From contig RBNJ01000361.1 of assembly GCA_003990765.1 (NCBI GenBank), positions 1 through 32,245 of the forward strand: 32,245 nucleotides of DNA, written 5' to 3'. Of the stretch, positions 1-11,253 are shown one piece after another (the first letter of the stretch is position 1; each line of letters starts with the position of its first letter). The DNA comes from Jimgerdemannia flammicorona (lineage: Eukaryota). Below the pieces are notes generated by a model. The model was not told where the DNA came from. It saw nothing but the letters and a program-made list of their open reading frames with translations, and did no database searches. A program made the translations under genes and the position numbers.

Positions 1-351
1 TTGCTGCCTAGAAGCCCTCACTGGCACCTTCCTCCCCCTCAGCCAGCTCTCCAGTCCAGCCCCCTGCTGACCCCCCTTCACCTTCTCTGCAAAGCTTGCC
101 CTGCCAGACCCTTGACTGCCAGCTCCGCCCCCTCCACCACCACATCCTCCCACCAGCAGGCTCCTCATGCTTCCCCCTAAGCCAGGGCCTCTCCCTACTT
201 GCTGCTATTCAAATGCTCCAGGGCCACCCTACCCAGTATGCACCTCAGAACGTTCGTTGGTTGCCATGAAACTAGTAGCTTGTCTCCAGAAACTGCATCG
301 AAAGTATTGCCGAAGGATTGTGTAACCTGAATGTTACCAGAGAAAGGTGTC
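1..351 (-). mobile_element. L1/Tx1-like LINE copy 1: 5' UTR plus start of ORF1 (runs off the window start)
   Basis: The reverse complement aligns with the 5' end of the LINE at 28391+. It shares the motif CTTTCwCyGGTAACATTCrGGTkACACAA, an ATG at 267 (MATNERSEVHTG.. vs MDGNDRTGECTG..) and SFAEKVK vs TFADKVR. It contains premature TAG stops. Confidence 0.85.
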
Positions 352-359
352 TAAGAGAG

Positions 360-788
360 CTCCTCTCTCTCTATCTCTTTATATCAGAATACTACCAGGC
401 TATTAATAACTGCAACTCTTTCACTACTTTCCCACAAATACTCTCTATCAGATAGTGATAGCAACCACTCTGAGGACCCCACTCCCTCCACCAATTAGAT
501 ATAATATCTATTCTTAACTTCTCTCACTTTATTATTTGCTCCTTCAGCTCTATCTACTATCTATTATCAAATATATATAGTCAATATCTAGCCAAACCCA
601 CCCACACTACTAATGCTCAACTAACCATGAGTCACTCATTACCAATATATCTCACTAAATGTAACTTCAAGTTCTCCTAATGATCTCTCTCTACCTACTT
701 ATCCTCATATCTCCAAGCAACTACTAACCAATCTCCAGAAGTTCTCAAGGACCTCACACTCACTCAGTCAATATTCTGATATCTGTTA
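360..788 (-). pseudogene. Degenerate 3' end of a LINE ORF2 (C-terminal zinc-finger region)
   Basis: The minus strand is G-rich like the other LINE copies. It reads E-Y-*-L-S-E-C-E-V-L-E-N-F-W-R-L-V, matching the H-x4-C...W end of L1-clade ORF2 after H-to-Y decay. Confidence 0.5.
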
Positions 789-2028
789 GAGTATATATAG
801 TTCTTTATATATATATGAGATAGTTTTGAAGAAGAGTAGTAGAAAAGAGTGATTATAAAGTTGAAAAAAGTAATAAAGAGATAATCTAAAGAAATCTCTT
901 TTTTCAAAAAGGTAGTAGTATTAAATATATATTGATTACTAAAGTTATAATATTTAAATTATTATTTAAACTTTCTTAAATATATAGTTAGAAGATTAAA
1001 GAAGACAGTAAAAGAATATATAGTTTTAGAAAAGAAAAAAGTCTCAATAAGTTTAGAAATATTGATATGAGGATATAAAATAATAGTTTAGAGTTAGTAG
1101 ACTTTTATAGATAACTTAAGATATTGAGAGACTAGTGAGAAAGAAAAGTAATAGAGTTGAGAGATAAAGAACAATTGAAAGATATAGTTTTGTCCTAGAG
1201 AAATGAAATGAAAGAATATAAGAAGTATACTTAGAGTGAAGAGAGTGAGTAAACTATTATATAAAGGGTTTTTATTAAAAGATAGTAAAGGCTTAACTGA
1301 CTATAAGACTATAGAGATAGAAAGTGGTTATAGAAGAGAATCAGAAAAGAAGATAGTGAGAGATAAAAAAATCTTTAAGTAGGAGAAATAAGAATTAATA
1401 CTATTTCTTAAAGGAGATAATAGAGTTAATAAGAATAAAATCTATTAGTAAAGTAGCAGAAGTTAGCTTTAGTAATAGTTAAGAGTAAAAGAAGGTATAG
1501 AGTTAGGTTGACAGAATAAGAAGATTTATACTTCTTCAGTTTTGAGTAATAGTGTAATAATTTTAAAGAAGAAATATATATAATATTAATATATAGAATT
1601 AGTTAGATATATACTGAAGACTGCTGAGAGTATAAGTAATATAAAGAGATTAGTAGTAGTGAGATATAGATATCAGAATATATCTTAGTAGACTATTAGT
1701 ATCAAAAACATTTGGTAAGATCTGAAAGAGTATTAAGAGAGTAAATAATGATAGTTTAGAGAGATAATCGAGATAATTATTAATAGAGATTGATTGATAA
1801 TATTGAATATATTTAAGAGAAGATTTAGAGAGATTTTTAAACTTTTTAATAGTAATTACTATTTATTAGTAGTTGGTGTTTGAAGGATAGAGATGGATAA
1901 GAGTTAGAGAATTAATAGATTAGTAATAGTGACTAATAAGAGAGAAAGTTCAAATTTGATAATATATATTAGTAAGAAGGAGTAAGGAAGTATTTTTTAA
2001 AGAGTGATAGAGATAGTATTAGTAAGTT

Positions 2029-2309
2029 TAGTACTCTCAAATAAATCAAATTAATTTGAATCAAATTGAATTCAAATTGAATTGAGGGTCAAATTTGAAC
2101 CCTATTTTTTGAAATGTAATGACTCAATTAATACATGTCCAAATTCAATGATCTTTAGCTTGTTAGATTCCCCTATATAAGGGGAATCTAACAAGCTAAA
2201 TATAATTGAATTTGAATGTGTATTAGTCAAGTTATTATATTTTGAAAAATAGGGTTCAAATTGGACCTCAAATAAAATTAGTCTTCAATTTGATTCATTG
2301 GAAGTACTA
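2029..2309. mobile_element. hAT-type fold-back MITE 1 (281 bp)
   Basis: Termini TAGTACT...AGTACTA. Perfect 8-bp TSD AGTAAGTT (2021-2028, 2310-2317). Near-complete palindrome centred on TTTAGCTTGTTAGATTCCCC-TATATAA-GGGGAATCTAACAAGCTAAA. Confidence 0.88.
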
Positions 2310-2749
2310 AGTAAGTTAGATATAGTTGATTTTAGAGAAGATAGATATATAATATATAGAGGGCTAGGGTAAAAAAGATAAGATAAAAGAAGAAAGTAGA
2401 TAGCGAGTTCTAGAACTCTCTATAACTAATTTCTTCTAAGCTACTAGCTATTGCTATAATATAAGGATATTTTTATATATTATAATAGTTGATTTGAATT
2501 AGGAATATAAATCAAAAAAAAGACATTCGATTATAATACCTGAATCTAATTTCCTAATATATATAGTATAGTCTTACAAATAGCAGTTATTTTATAAATA
2601 TAGAACTTTTAACAAATGTTAGGATTTTATAAATATTGAAATTTGACAGATATTGAATCTGGATAATCATTGAGATTTCATAGATATTAAGAATCTATAT
2701 ATATTTGTAAAAAGTAACTTACAGAAAATATAGTCATAACTTAGCTTAA

Positions 2750-2912
2750 CAAACTTGTATTAATATTCCCAATATCTAGAGTAAATAAACCTCAGATCTA
2801 AATAGTTCAAAAGTAAAGAAAAGACAAGAGAACTAATAAGTCTATAGGCAGATATTCTTCAAACTTACCTATCTCTATATTCTAAAAACTCTGTATAGTC
2901 AAAGAAGATTAA
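2750..2912 (+). repeat. Remnant of an older LTR related to the gypsy LTR
   Basis: AGAGTAAATAAACCTCAG at 2778-2795 is identical to LTR positions 3238-3255. Weaker flanking similarity (AACTTGTAT..., AAAAGACAAG) to the LTR and solo-LTR sequences. Confidence 0.55.
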
Positions 2913-2940
2913 GTTTTCAAGATACAGAAATCTAATATAC

Positions 2941-4294
2941 TGTGACATACCAAAAATATAGCACCTGAATTATACCTTAGCCAGATAATGTGAAAAATTA
3001 GTAACTTAGCCAGATGATATGAACATATAGCATAGTAACCAGACACAGCAACCATTGCTATGGAAAAGTATATAAATAGCCAGACTACTAGACAAGGTAT
3101 ATCTGTGCAGGACCTGCACACCTGTGCCAACCTGCACACTTGTGTTGGATCTGTACAACTTGCTATAAGTACCAAATCTACAGTTAGCCACATAGCAACC
3201 AGATAGTAACCAACTTGTATAAATTATCCCAGAGACAAGAGTAAATAAACCTCAGTCTGAAATACAAACCAAAGAAGCCTCTAAAGATTGAGCATTGGTC
3301 CCCTTTCTACTCTGGTTCACTTTCTGATATAAAGCTGATTTTGCTGTGAAGAACTTTGCCACCTTTGGAATTATTGGTAAGCTTGCCAGACTAAGCCTGA
3401 AGAATCTGAGTTTGCCACCCAAGTTCAAGGAAGAACTTTGCCACCATTTCTAAGTTATCTGCATTCTCAGAAAGCCTAAGAGAAAGCCGCCTTACTCAAG
3501 GCAGTTTCTAATGCAACTTTGCAGTAAATCTGTTCATGCAAATGAAGCCAGTCTTTGACGTAACTTTGCCAAGAGACCCTTTCTCAAAAAGCCACCAGTT
3601 GTTTATATTCCCAGTTGAAGCCGCTGATTCAGGAAGAATCCATGACATCTGAGTTATCCATGTTATCTGAGTTATTATTCCCAGAAGAACCTGATTTGGA
3701 AGAACTCATGCCATCTGAGTTATATCCCAGTTGAAGCTGCTGATTCAGGAAGAATCCATGACATCTGTTATTCATTGTTCTCAGTAAACCCAAGAAGAAT
3801 CTGACACCAGTATAATTCCCAGTAAAAAGGACTCTGCCAAATTACCAGACTGCTCTGAATAAGAAACTTGTCCCACTACACAAGACCATTACCCAGAAAT
3901 TACATAAGGAACCCACCGCACTACACAGAGATCATCATGTAGAAATCACATAAGGAGAACTGCTAAATTGCCAGACCATCATGCATAAGGAGATCGTCAT
4001 GCTACACAGAAATCACCCACTACTCAAGAAGGAAACTGTTTGCACTACATATGAAATTCCACCAATTCCCAGTTGACCCATGAAGGAAACCTATTCACAA
4101 ATCGCTGCTACACCCAGAGAACCATCCCAATTAGGAAATTGATATACAAATTGCTCACAGATATCCAGATTGACTATTATACCACTAAACACTAAAAATA
4201 TTTTATTGCTTTTAATAAAGTAACTGGGGGCTCAAGCCAAACTACACCAACCCCCAACCTTGTAATTTGCCTCCATTGAGTCAGGCACATTATA
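2941..4294 (+). repeat. 5' LTR (1354 bp)
   Basis: Direct repeat of 11793-13193. Starts TGTGACATAC and ends CAGGCACATTATA (decayed CACGTTACA), followed by the PBS. Confidence 0.95.
3069..3078 (+). promoter_or_regulatory. Putative LTR TATA box
   Basis: TATATAAATA ~130 bp into the LTR. A TATAAATA core is present at the equivalent position in all four LTR copies. Confidence 0.5.
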
Positions 4295-4296
4295 TT

Positions 4297-4314
4297 TGTG
4301 GGCTCAACTGGGAA
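4297..4314 (+). other. Primer-binding site, tRNA-Pro-like
   Basis: TGTGGGCTCAACTGGGAA, 2 nt after the LTR, matches the tRNA-Pro PBS TGGGGGCTCGTCCGGGAT at 13/18 positions. Two of the mismatches are CpG-type transitions. Confidence 0.6.
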
Positions 4315-4850
4315 GATTTCAAAATTGACATAACTTTTCAGCTCACAAGAACCCACAGTCAAACTGGATATATTTAATACAACACCAATCTCTATCACTA
4401 CAGAAGAACCAGTTACATATTACCAGTATCTGGACAGGAAGAGAAGTAATTACCTCAAGACTTATCAATTATCCAGCATCAGAAGGATCTCAACCAGAAC
4501 CAGAAGCCAGTACAGCCCAAAATCTCCAACCAGATCAACCAGACAATACAGGTGGCCCTGTTGAAGATTTTGAAGAACTTACACAAGAAGATCTTATTAC
4601 ACAAGCCCAAGATCTTACAGCCAGACACTCCATACTAGTCCCATCAATCTCACCAATAGAACCTTTATCACAAGCCCTTGAAGAATTGGAAGTAGCTCCT
4701 ACAAGAATACCTACACTCATTTCACTTCATCCAAGGTCCAGAACACCATCCTCAGGATACCCAAGTACCCCCATCTCCAGTGACAGCTCAGAAAGCAAAT
4801 CAGAATCAGAATCTAGACCAGAACCAGAATTAGAAGAAAGTGATGATGAA

Positions 4851-5774
4851 ATGGCCACCTCCTTGCCAACCTTTACAAGATATCCAGAGGAAGACCCCAG
4901 AGAATTCCTTGATGGAATTGAAGGAATTGCAGCCCTGAGGAACCTTTCAGATGAAAGAAAAATTGCCATCTACAAGGCCCAGCTCAGAGAACCAGCCAGA
5001 GGAATTTTCCACTGAACAGCAAATGACCCAAATTCAGAACTGGCAAGACAGATATAAGCAGCACTATCTTATGAGCTAGAATATGTGGCCATGGTCCACT
5101 GGCTCATTGAAAAGTATACAGGAAACAAAACCCACCACAAGGCACAAGAATCTATTATGAGGATGAAGATGAATCTTGGAGAATCACTCAGAGCCTTCTT
5201 CACAAGAATCCAGAAGAGAATGTATGCTGTCAGGTTCAATGCTACCAACCAGGACATCATAGGTCCAATGACCTTCATGAATGGAATTTCTCCAAACATT
5301 GCTCAGCATATCCACACCCTAGACATCAGAAGGTCTGAAGAGCAAGTAGATGCAGCCCAAGGATTCTTTGATGTCAAACAAGAAACTACCTAGAGTGATT
5401 ATGACAAAAAAGAAGATAAAGAAGACATCCTGGTCAAAGCCCTACAAGGACTCCTTCAAAGACAGAAAAGATCTGAAGAAAGAAGACCAGCCAAAGAAGG
5501 AAAGAAGAATAGAAGTGAAATCCAAGACCTTAGTTCCAAGTTGGACTAATTGGTTGGACAGATTGAAAAACTCACCATACATGAAAATCAGAGCTACCAA
5601 GACAACAGAGAATACCTACAGCAGAGGAGCCGAGGTTATCCACTAAGAGATAACAGGAATTACCAGCAAGAAGAAAGAAGATACTCTGTCCAAGACAGAG
5701 CCCAAGTCCAATGCTTCCACTATGGACAATTCAGACACTATGCCACTGAATGTGACAACAAGAGAAGTGACTGA
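4851..5774 (+). pseudogene. gag: gag (degenerate); the frame is also open ~170 codons upstream of the ATG
   Basis: MATSLPTFTRYPEEDPREFLDGIEG capsid N-terminal pattern, Q/GESLRAF MHR-like segment, and a decayed CCHC knuckle CFHYGQFRHYATEC. In-frame stops. Confidence 0.85.
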
Positions 5775-6349
5775 AGGAACTCAGAATCATCAAACTGAAG
5801 GAATGACACTCAGTACAAAAAGACTGAAGCTCATCCTGTTGAAGATTTTGAGGAAGTAAGCAACAGTGAAGACTACAGTAACCTAGACTTATACCTAACC
5901 AAGATTACTACTCAGAAAACAGTCTATTCAGCAGAGAAAAGGAAGTGACCTATAGGAAGACCATCCAGAAATATCAGCAGAAGAATCATCCAAGAGGAAG
6001 ATAAAGAACATAAAGAGGAACAAGTAGAAACACCTTCCTAAACTCCTTTACCTTTTGTCTCCAAGACAAATGAGCTACCATCAGAGGATGAAGAAATGGA
6101 ATAAGAAGAATGGGAACCTGCTGCTTCAAAGCCCAAGAAGAAGTACACCCCAAAGACCATGCCTAGAGACATCTACAATGAAGCCTGGCAGAAGATTCAA
6201 GAGGTCAAGATGGAAGTCCCTCTCCTGCAGTTCCTGTAACTGACACCAGCTGGAGTTCAAAAAAAATTGCTGAGAACCACCAGGTCTAGCACTGGCCAAG
6301 TTCTAATACCACAGCAAGAACTAGTTCCCATCCCTGTCCAAGCAGCTGA

Positions 6350-6730
6350 AAGATATGTCAGCACCTACCTATATGGAGATATTGGAGGACAAAAGGCGAA
6401 AATCCTCATAGACACAGGAGCAGCTGTCTGTATCATTGCTAAACAGTTCCTGGACACCCTCCAATGGCCCATTGATGGACCATCCAACCTCAGCATCATA
6501 GTAGCAGATGGAGTCTGAACTCAACCCCTTTGAGAAGTATGAAATATCACCATCTCCCTTGGACACATTCAGTTCTCCATCCTGAAAGCTGTTGTCACTG
6601 AAGCTATCACCTATAACATAATTCTTGGCACCAACTGGATGAAGGAAATGAATGCAGTTGTTGATATTGGTCAATAGGTACTCAAGTTTGACTACTGAGG
6701 CAAGAAGTATAGAGTTAAGATGACCAGCTA
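6350..6730 (+). pseudogene. pol: Retropepsin aspartic protease (pol, degenerate)
   Basis: ILIDTGAAVCII active site (D at 6410) and downstream YNIILGTNWM; several TGA/TAG stops. Confidence 0.9.
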
Positions 6731-8030
6731 TGAGCAATCGAAGAAGAAGAAGGTCACTATTTAGGAGGAATATACCAGTAGTGTAGAATCTACCACAGAA
6801 GAAGAGGAAGAATCTGAAGATGGAAATGATCCCAGACTCAATCCCTAAATTAATCTGGTGGATGACAGACCAGAAGACAATGTGTGGGCCAAGAACACCA
6901 TCCCTATCACCATTGGAGCCATTGTAGGAGAAATCAAAAGATGTCCTATCTGCCTCAAGAGATACAAGTGTCCCAAGCATTCCTTCAAGATCATTTGGAA
7001 AAGGAATTCGCCTGGTACAGCCTGCCCTGAGTGCTGAAATAAGAAGAAAAAATGCAGACATGCTCCAGAAACATCTGCAGCTGAAGCTGCAGAAGTGCAA
7101 GCAATTTGGGGACAAGAATCATCTGAGGGAGAAGAAGTTTCTGACCAAGAAGTCCCTGACCAAGAAGTACCTGAAGAGGAAGAAGTCCCCAAACTCATCC
7201 CCTGGGATGACCCTCACTGGACACTATTTGAAGATACATAATGACCCTTGGAATATGGAAGAAGGACCCAGCACAATTACCATTATTCCCAAGAAAGAAA
7301 CTCACTAAGAAAAGACCTTTTGGCTAGGAAGATGTCCACACCAAATGGTCTTCCACTCTTCCTGAGACTACTGCTATCAGTGTTATCTACTAGACCAACA
7401 GGAGAGACAGAGACCCCAGAGACCAGAACCTCTGAACACAGTTGCACAGTCAACTACCTTCCAAGAAGTTACTACTAAGTTGCAAAGCCAATTCAGAGGA
7501 CAAGACCTCTTCACCTGGACAGAAGTATATCCCTTATCTACTCTTTCACCAACTTATGACCAAGATGGGTACCAATTCCTGAGATAATAAGAGATCAATA
7601 ACCAGGAACATCATTTCCAAGCAATGGGATATTGCAACCATAGAAGACACCCAGATTGCCAAGACTGCAGGCATCAGAAGATCCATCTCAGTCATGATGT
7701 TACAATCCCACTTTGAAGAGAGGAGATAACTGAAGCCAGATCCAAAAAAACCAGACCAAAAAGCCAGGAAGAAGAACCCTCAAGATCTAAGATTTAGAAG
7801 AAGACTTCCTAGCTCTCATCAGATATACAATCTGCCAGAAATGAGTGAAAGATGCCACCAACTTCATGAAAGCCCTAGACCCTACAGGAAGAAGAAGAAT
7901 CAACTATCTCCAAGACCCCTCTACTGGAGCCAGGTGGCCACACCTCAACCTCAGAGTCTAGAGGCTCTCTGCCAGTAGAGCCTCAGCCCAAGGACAGGCT
8001 GAACTTAGCAAGGATGTTACCCAGTATGCC

Positions 8031-8426
8031 ATGCTACATCCAAAGGCCAAACTCCCAACCAAAGCACACCCAGAGGATGTAGGATATGATCTTTACAGTC
8101 TGGAGAATGAATCCATTAAGCCTGGAAAAACATTCATGATCAGAACAGGACTAGCCATACAACTACCCCAAGGAGCTTACATCCAATTGACCTCAAGGTC
8201 TGGACTTACCAGACGAGGAATAACCATGGAAGGAGGAATCATTGACCCAGGATATATAGGTGACATCAAGGTCATTCTACACAACAGTAGTACAGAATGG
8301 CACTGAATCATCAGAGGACAGAAGATTGCTCAAGCAGTCTTCATGAAGGTCAAGACCCCACAATTACAAGAAGTCTCCAAACTAACTGAAGGAACAAGAC
8401 AAGCCAAAGGATTTGGGAGCTCAGAC
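8031..8426 (+). pseudogene. dut: dUTPase domain within the retrotransposon pol
   Basis: All five motifs in one frame: VGYDL, SRSG, GGIIDPGYIG, KIAQ, RQAKGFGSS. One internal TGA (8304-8306). Confidence 0.93.
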
Positions 8427-8859
8427 AAGAAGGAAGTACATCAACTTCAAGTCAACCACCTCAGGAGGAATGTTCCCCAGCAAGTGTACCACCAACCAGA
8501 CAAACTGCACAAGAATCTCATTCTGGAGCCTGGAGAACAAACTATCTTCGAAATCTTTGCACTACCCAACCCCAGGAATCTTTTCTTCAAACCCAATGAA
8601 GATATCCCACACTTGGATATAGAAGGACACATATTCCCTGACAAGATGAACCTGGTGCACTCCCAAGCAACCAACCAAAGTTGGGAAACCATCATCTTGC
8701 CAAAAGGAACCATCATAGGATACCTGGTGCCTTTTCTCAACCAAACTCATAGGGAAGTTTATGAACTAAACCTATCAGGAAATGGCAAAAGGTCCCAGAA
8801 GAAAGAAAAGGCCCCTCTGCGACCCAGGAGACAGTGAAGCCTTCCACCAACATTGGAGA

Positions 8860-10185
8860 AGAATTGACACCCCAGCAGTAGCAACAACTAGTAGAACTTC
8901 TCAACAACTATCAAGATATCTTCACCACTGATTATGGCAATCTGCCATATAACCCATCATATCACTATAGCATAAATACAGGAAATGCAACACCCATCCA
9001 GCAGAAACCTTATAGAATACCCCATCACTTAAAAACATTCGAAAAGGAGCACATTCAAGAACTCTTAGACAATGAAGTCATCCGACCTTCAACCAGCCCC
9101 TGGGCCAGCCCTATACTTATTGTACCAAAGAAAGGAGGATGGAGACTCTGTGTAGATTACAGGAAACTCAATTCAGTCACAGAAAAAGATGCCTATCCTT
9201 TGCCCAGAATTGATGACCTTTTTGATCAGTTACAGGATGCCAGATACTTTAGCAGTATGTATCTTTTCACAGGATTCTATGAGATCCCCATAGACCCCAA
9301 AGACATTCAAAAGACAGCCTTCCTTGCTTTAGGAAAACTGTTTGAATACCTCTGAATGCCTTTTGGACTTTGCAATGCACCCCCCACCTTTCAGAGGATG
9401 ATGAATTCAGTCTATGCCCTCTTGATCCACTACTGCCTGATTGTATTCATGGACAATTCCAACATCTATTCAGTAAATTTCGAAGAACACCTGCACTACC
9501 TAGAAGAATTCTTCAAGCTCACCTGCAAGAACCACTTGAGACTGAATACAAGAAATGCTACTTTAGGAAACAGAAATTCAAATTCCTTGGATTCATGATT
9601 TCGAAAGAAGGAACCCATGCAGATCTAAAGAAAACCAAGAAGATCAATAATTGGCCAGTACCCAAGACCCTGAAGGAAACACTATCATTCCTGATGCTAG
9701 TATCCTACTATAGAAGATTTATCAAGAACTTTGCCCAAATTGCTGCCCCAATCCAGATCCTTCTCAAAAAAGGAGTATCATTCAAATAGACAGAATCACA
9801 AGAAACAGCCTTCAAAGAACTCAAGAACTATATGACTACAGTACCAATCCTTGTGCACCCCAATCTACAGAAGCCATTCATCTTGTATACAGATGCTTCC
9901 AAAGATGGCCTAGGAGTGGTTCTAGCCCAAGAAGGACCTGACCAACAACACTATGTAATAGCTTATATAAGCTGAGCTACCAATCAGCAGCAGATGAACT
10001 ATGGTAGCACCAAACTGGAATGCCTTGCAGTCATATGGGTGGTCACCCTGTTCAAGCATTACCTCATCAGAAAAAGGTTCACTCTGATCACAGATCATGC
10101 AGCCCTCAAATGGCTATTCAACTACAAAGAACCCACTGGAATCCTAGCCTGCTAGATCCTTATCCTTCAGGATTACAATATCTCA
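8860..10185 (+). pseudogene. pol: Reverse transcriptase and RNase H (degenerate)
   Basis: SPWASPILIVPKK, RLCVDYRKLN, YPLPRIDDL, MPFGLCNAPPTFQR, FMDN (decayed catalytic FMDD), LYTDAS, LECLAVIW, TDHAALKWL. Stops and frameshifts present. Confidence 0.95.
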
Positions 10186-10334
10186 CAACAATGTTGATAT
10201 ACTTTCCTGCCAACCCCAATGAACCAGAAAAAGAGTGTCCTGAGGAACTACACTCTAAAGGAAGCTCCTCAGACCATCAAGGTACAAGAAGCAGGGACAG
10301 GTAAATATAGAAGAGAAGCTGTAAACAATACTCC

Positions 10335-11253
10335 AACATTGGCCCAACCTCAGAACACAAGTCCAGGACATACTCAAGAAATGTGACACCTGCCAGAAGT
10401 ACCAAGAAAGAAAGAACTACTAAGCACCACTTCAACCAATCACACCACTAGACAACATCTTCAGAGATGGGGAGTAGATATAATTGGACCCCTACCAGTT
10501 ATGCCAAGAAGAAACAAATATATTCTTGTATTTGTAGAACATCTGACAAAGTGGCCTGAGGCTTTTCTAATGGATATTGCAGATGTCTTAACCATTGTGG
10601 GTCTTCTCTATAGACTCACACTCAGATATAGACCCCTGGAAGAACTTATCTCTGACCGAGACACAGAATTTATCAACAACATAATCACAAGTTATGCCCA
10701 AATTCACAATATCCACCTCAAATAGACCACATCATACCACTCTCAGATCAATGGCATGACAGAAAGAATGAACTAGACTATCAAGAAAGAACTTACCTAA
10801 GTCAATCCTACCAACTGGGACCTCTGCTTATCTGAGATCCTATGGGAAATTTGAAATACCCCTACTGCCTCCACCAAACAAAAGCCATTCGAAATGATGT
10901 TTGCTAAGAAAACCAGATAAGAATCTCAGAGATCTCCTCAAGAAGACAGAACAGTTACATAATCAGGCCCAAGTTCAGATTACCAAAGCCCAAGAAAGAC
11001 AAAAGAAGTACTATGATCAGAAACAGAAGAACCAGAAGATCAAGATTGGAGATAAAGTACTGGTTTGGAGGAGCATGATTGAAATGAATTTTGCCACCAA
11101 ATTGGAGTTCAAATGGGAAGGACCTATCTTGTGCACAATATCAGAGGAATCAGCATCTATTTAAGAAGCATGGATAGATGAACCCTGAAGGCACCAGTAT
11201 ACATCAATCACCTCAAGATATACCTTTCCCCACATCATGAATCAGAGAGTTGA
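10335..11253 (+). pseudogene. pol: Integrase (degenerate; the HH part of the zinc finger appears deleted; GPY/F motif; no chromodomain)
   Basis: WPNLRTQVQDILKKCDTC, WGVDIIGPLP, VEHLTKWPEAF, LISDRDTEF, NGMTERMN, KIGDKVLV, KWEGPY. Confidence 0.92.

Larger units (their letters stand above)
790..2930. mobile_element. Very old, AT/TpA-rich transposon relic(s), unassigned; host of MITE 1 and of the gypsy insertion
   Basis: Strong purine strand skew, near absence of CpG, abundant TAG/TAA/TAT and no usable ORF. The MITE at 2029-2309 interrupts it with a clean TSD. Confidence 0.35.

Noticed and set aside
6369..7115. 248-aa antisense ORF within the gypsy
   Set aside because: It lies opposite the protease and Cys-rich frame with no recognisable motif; most simply a shadow ORF.
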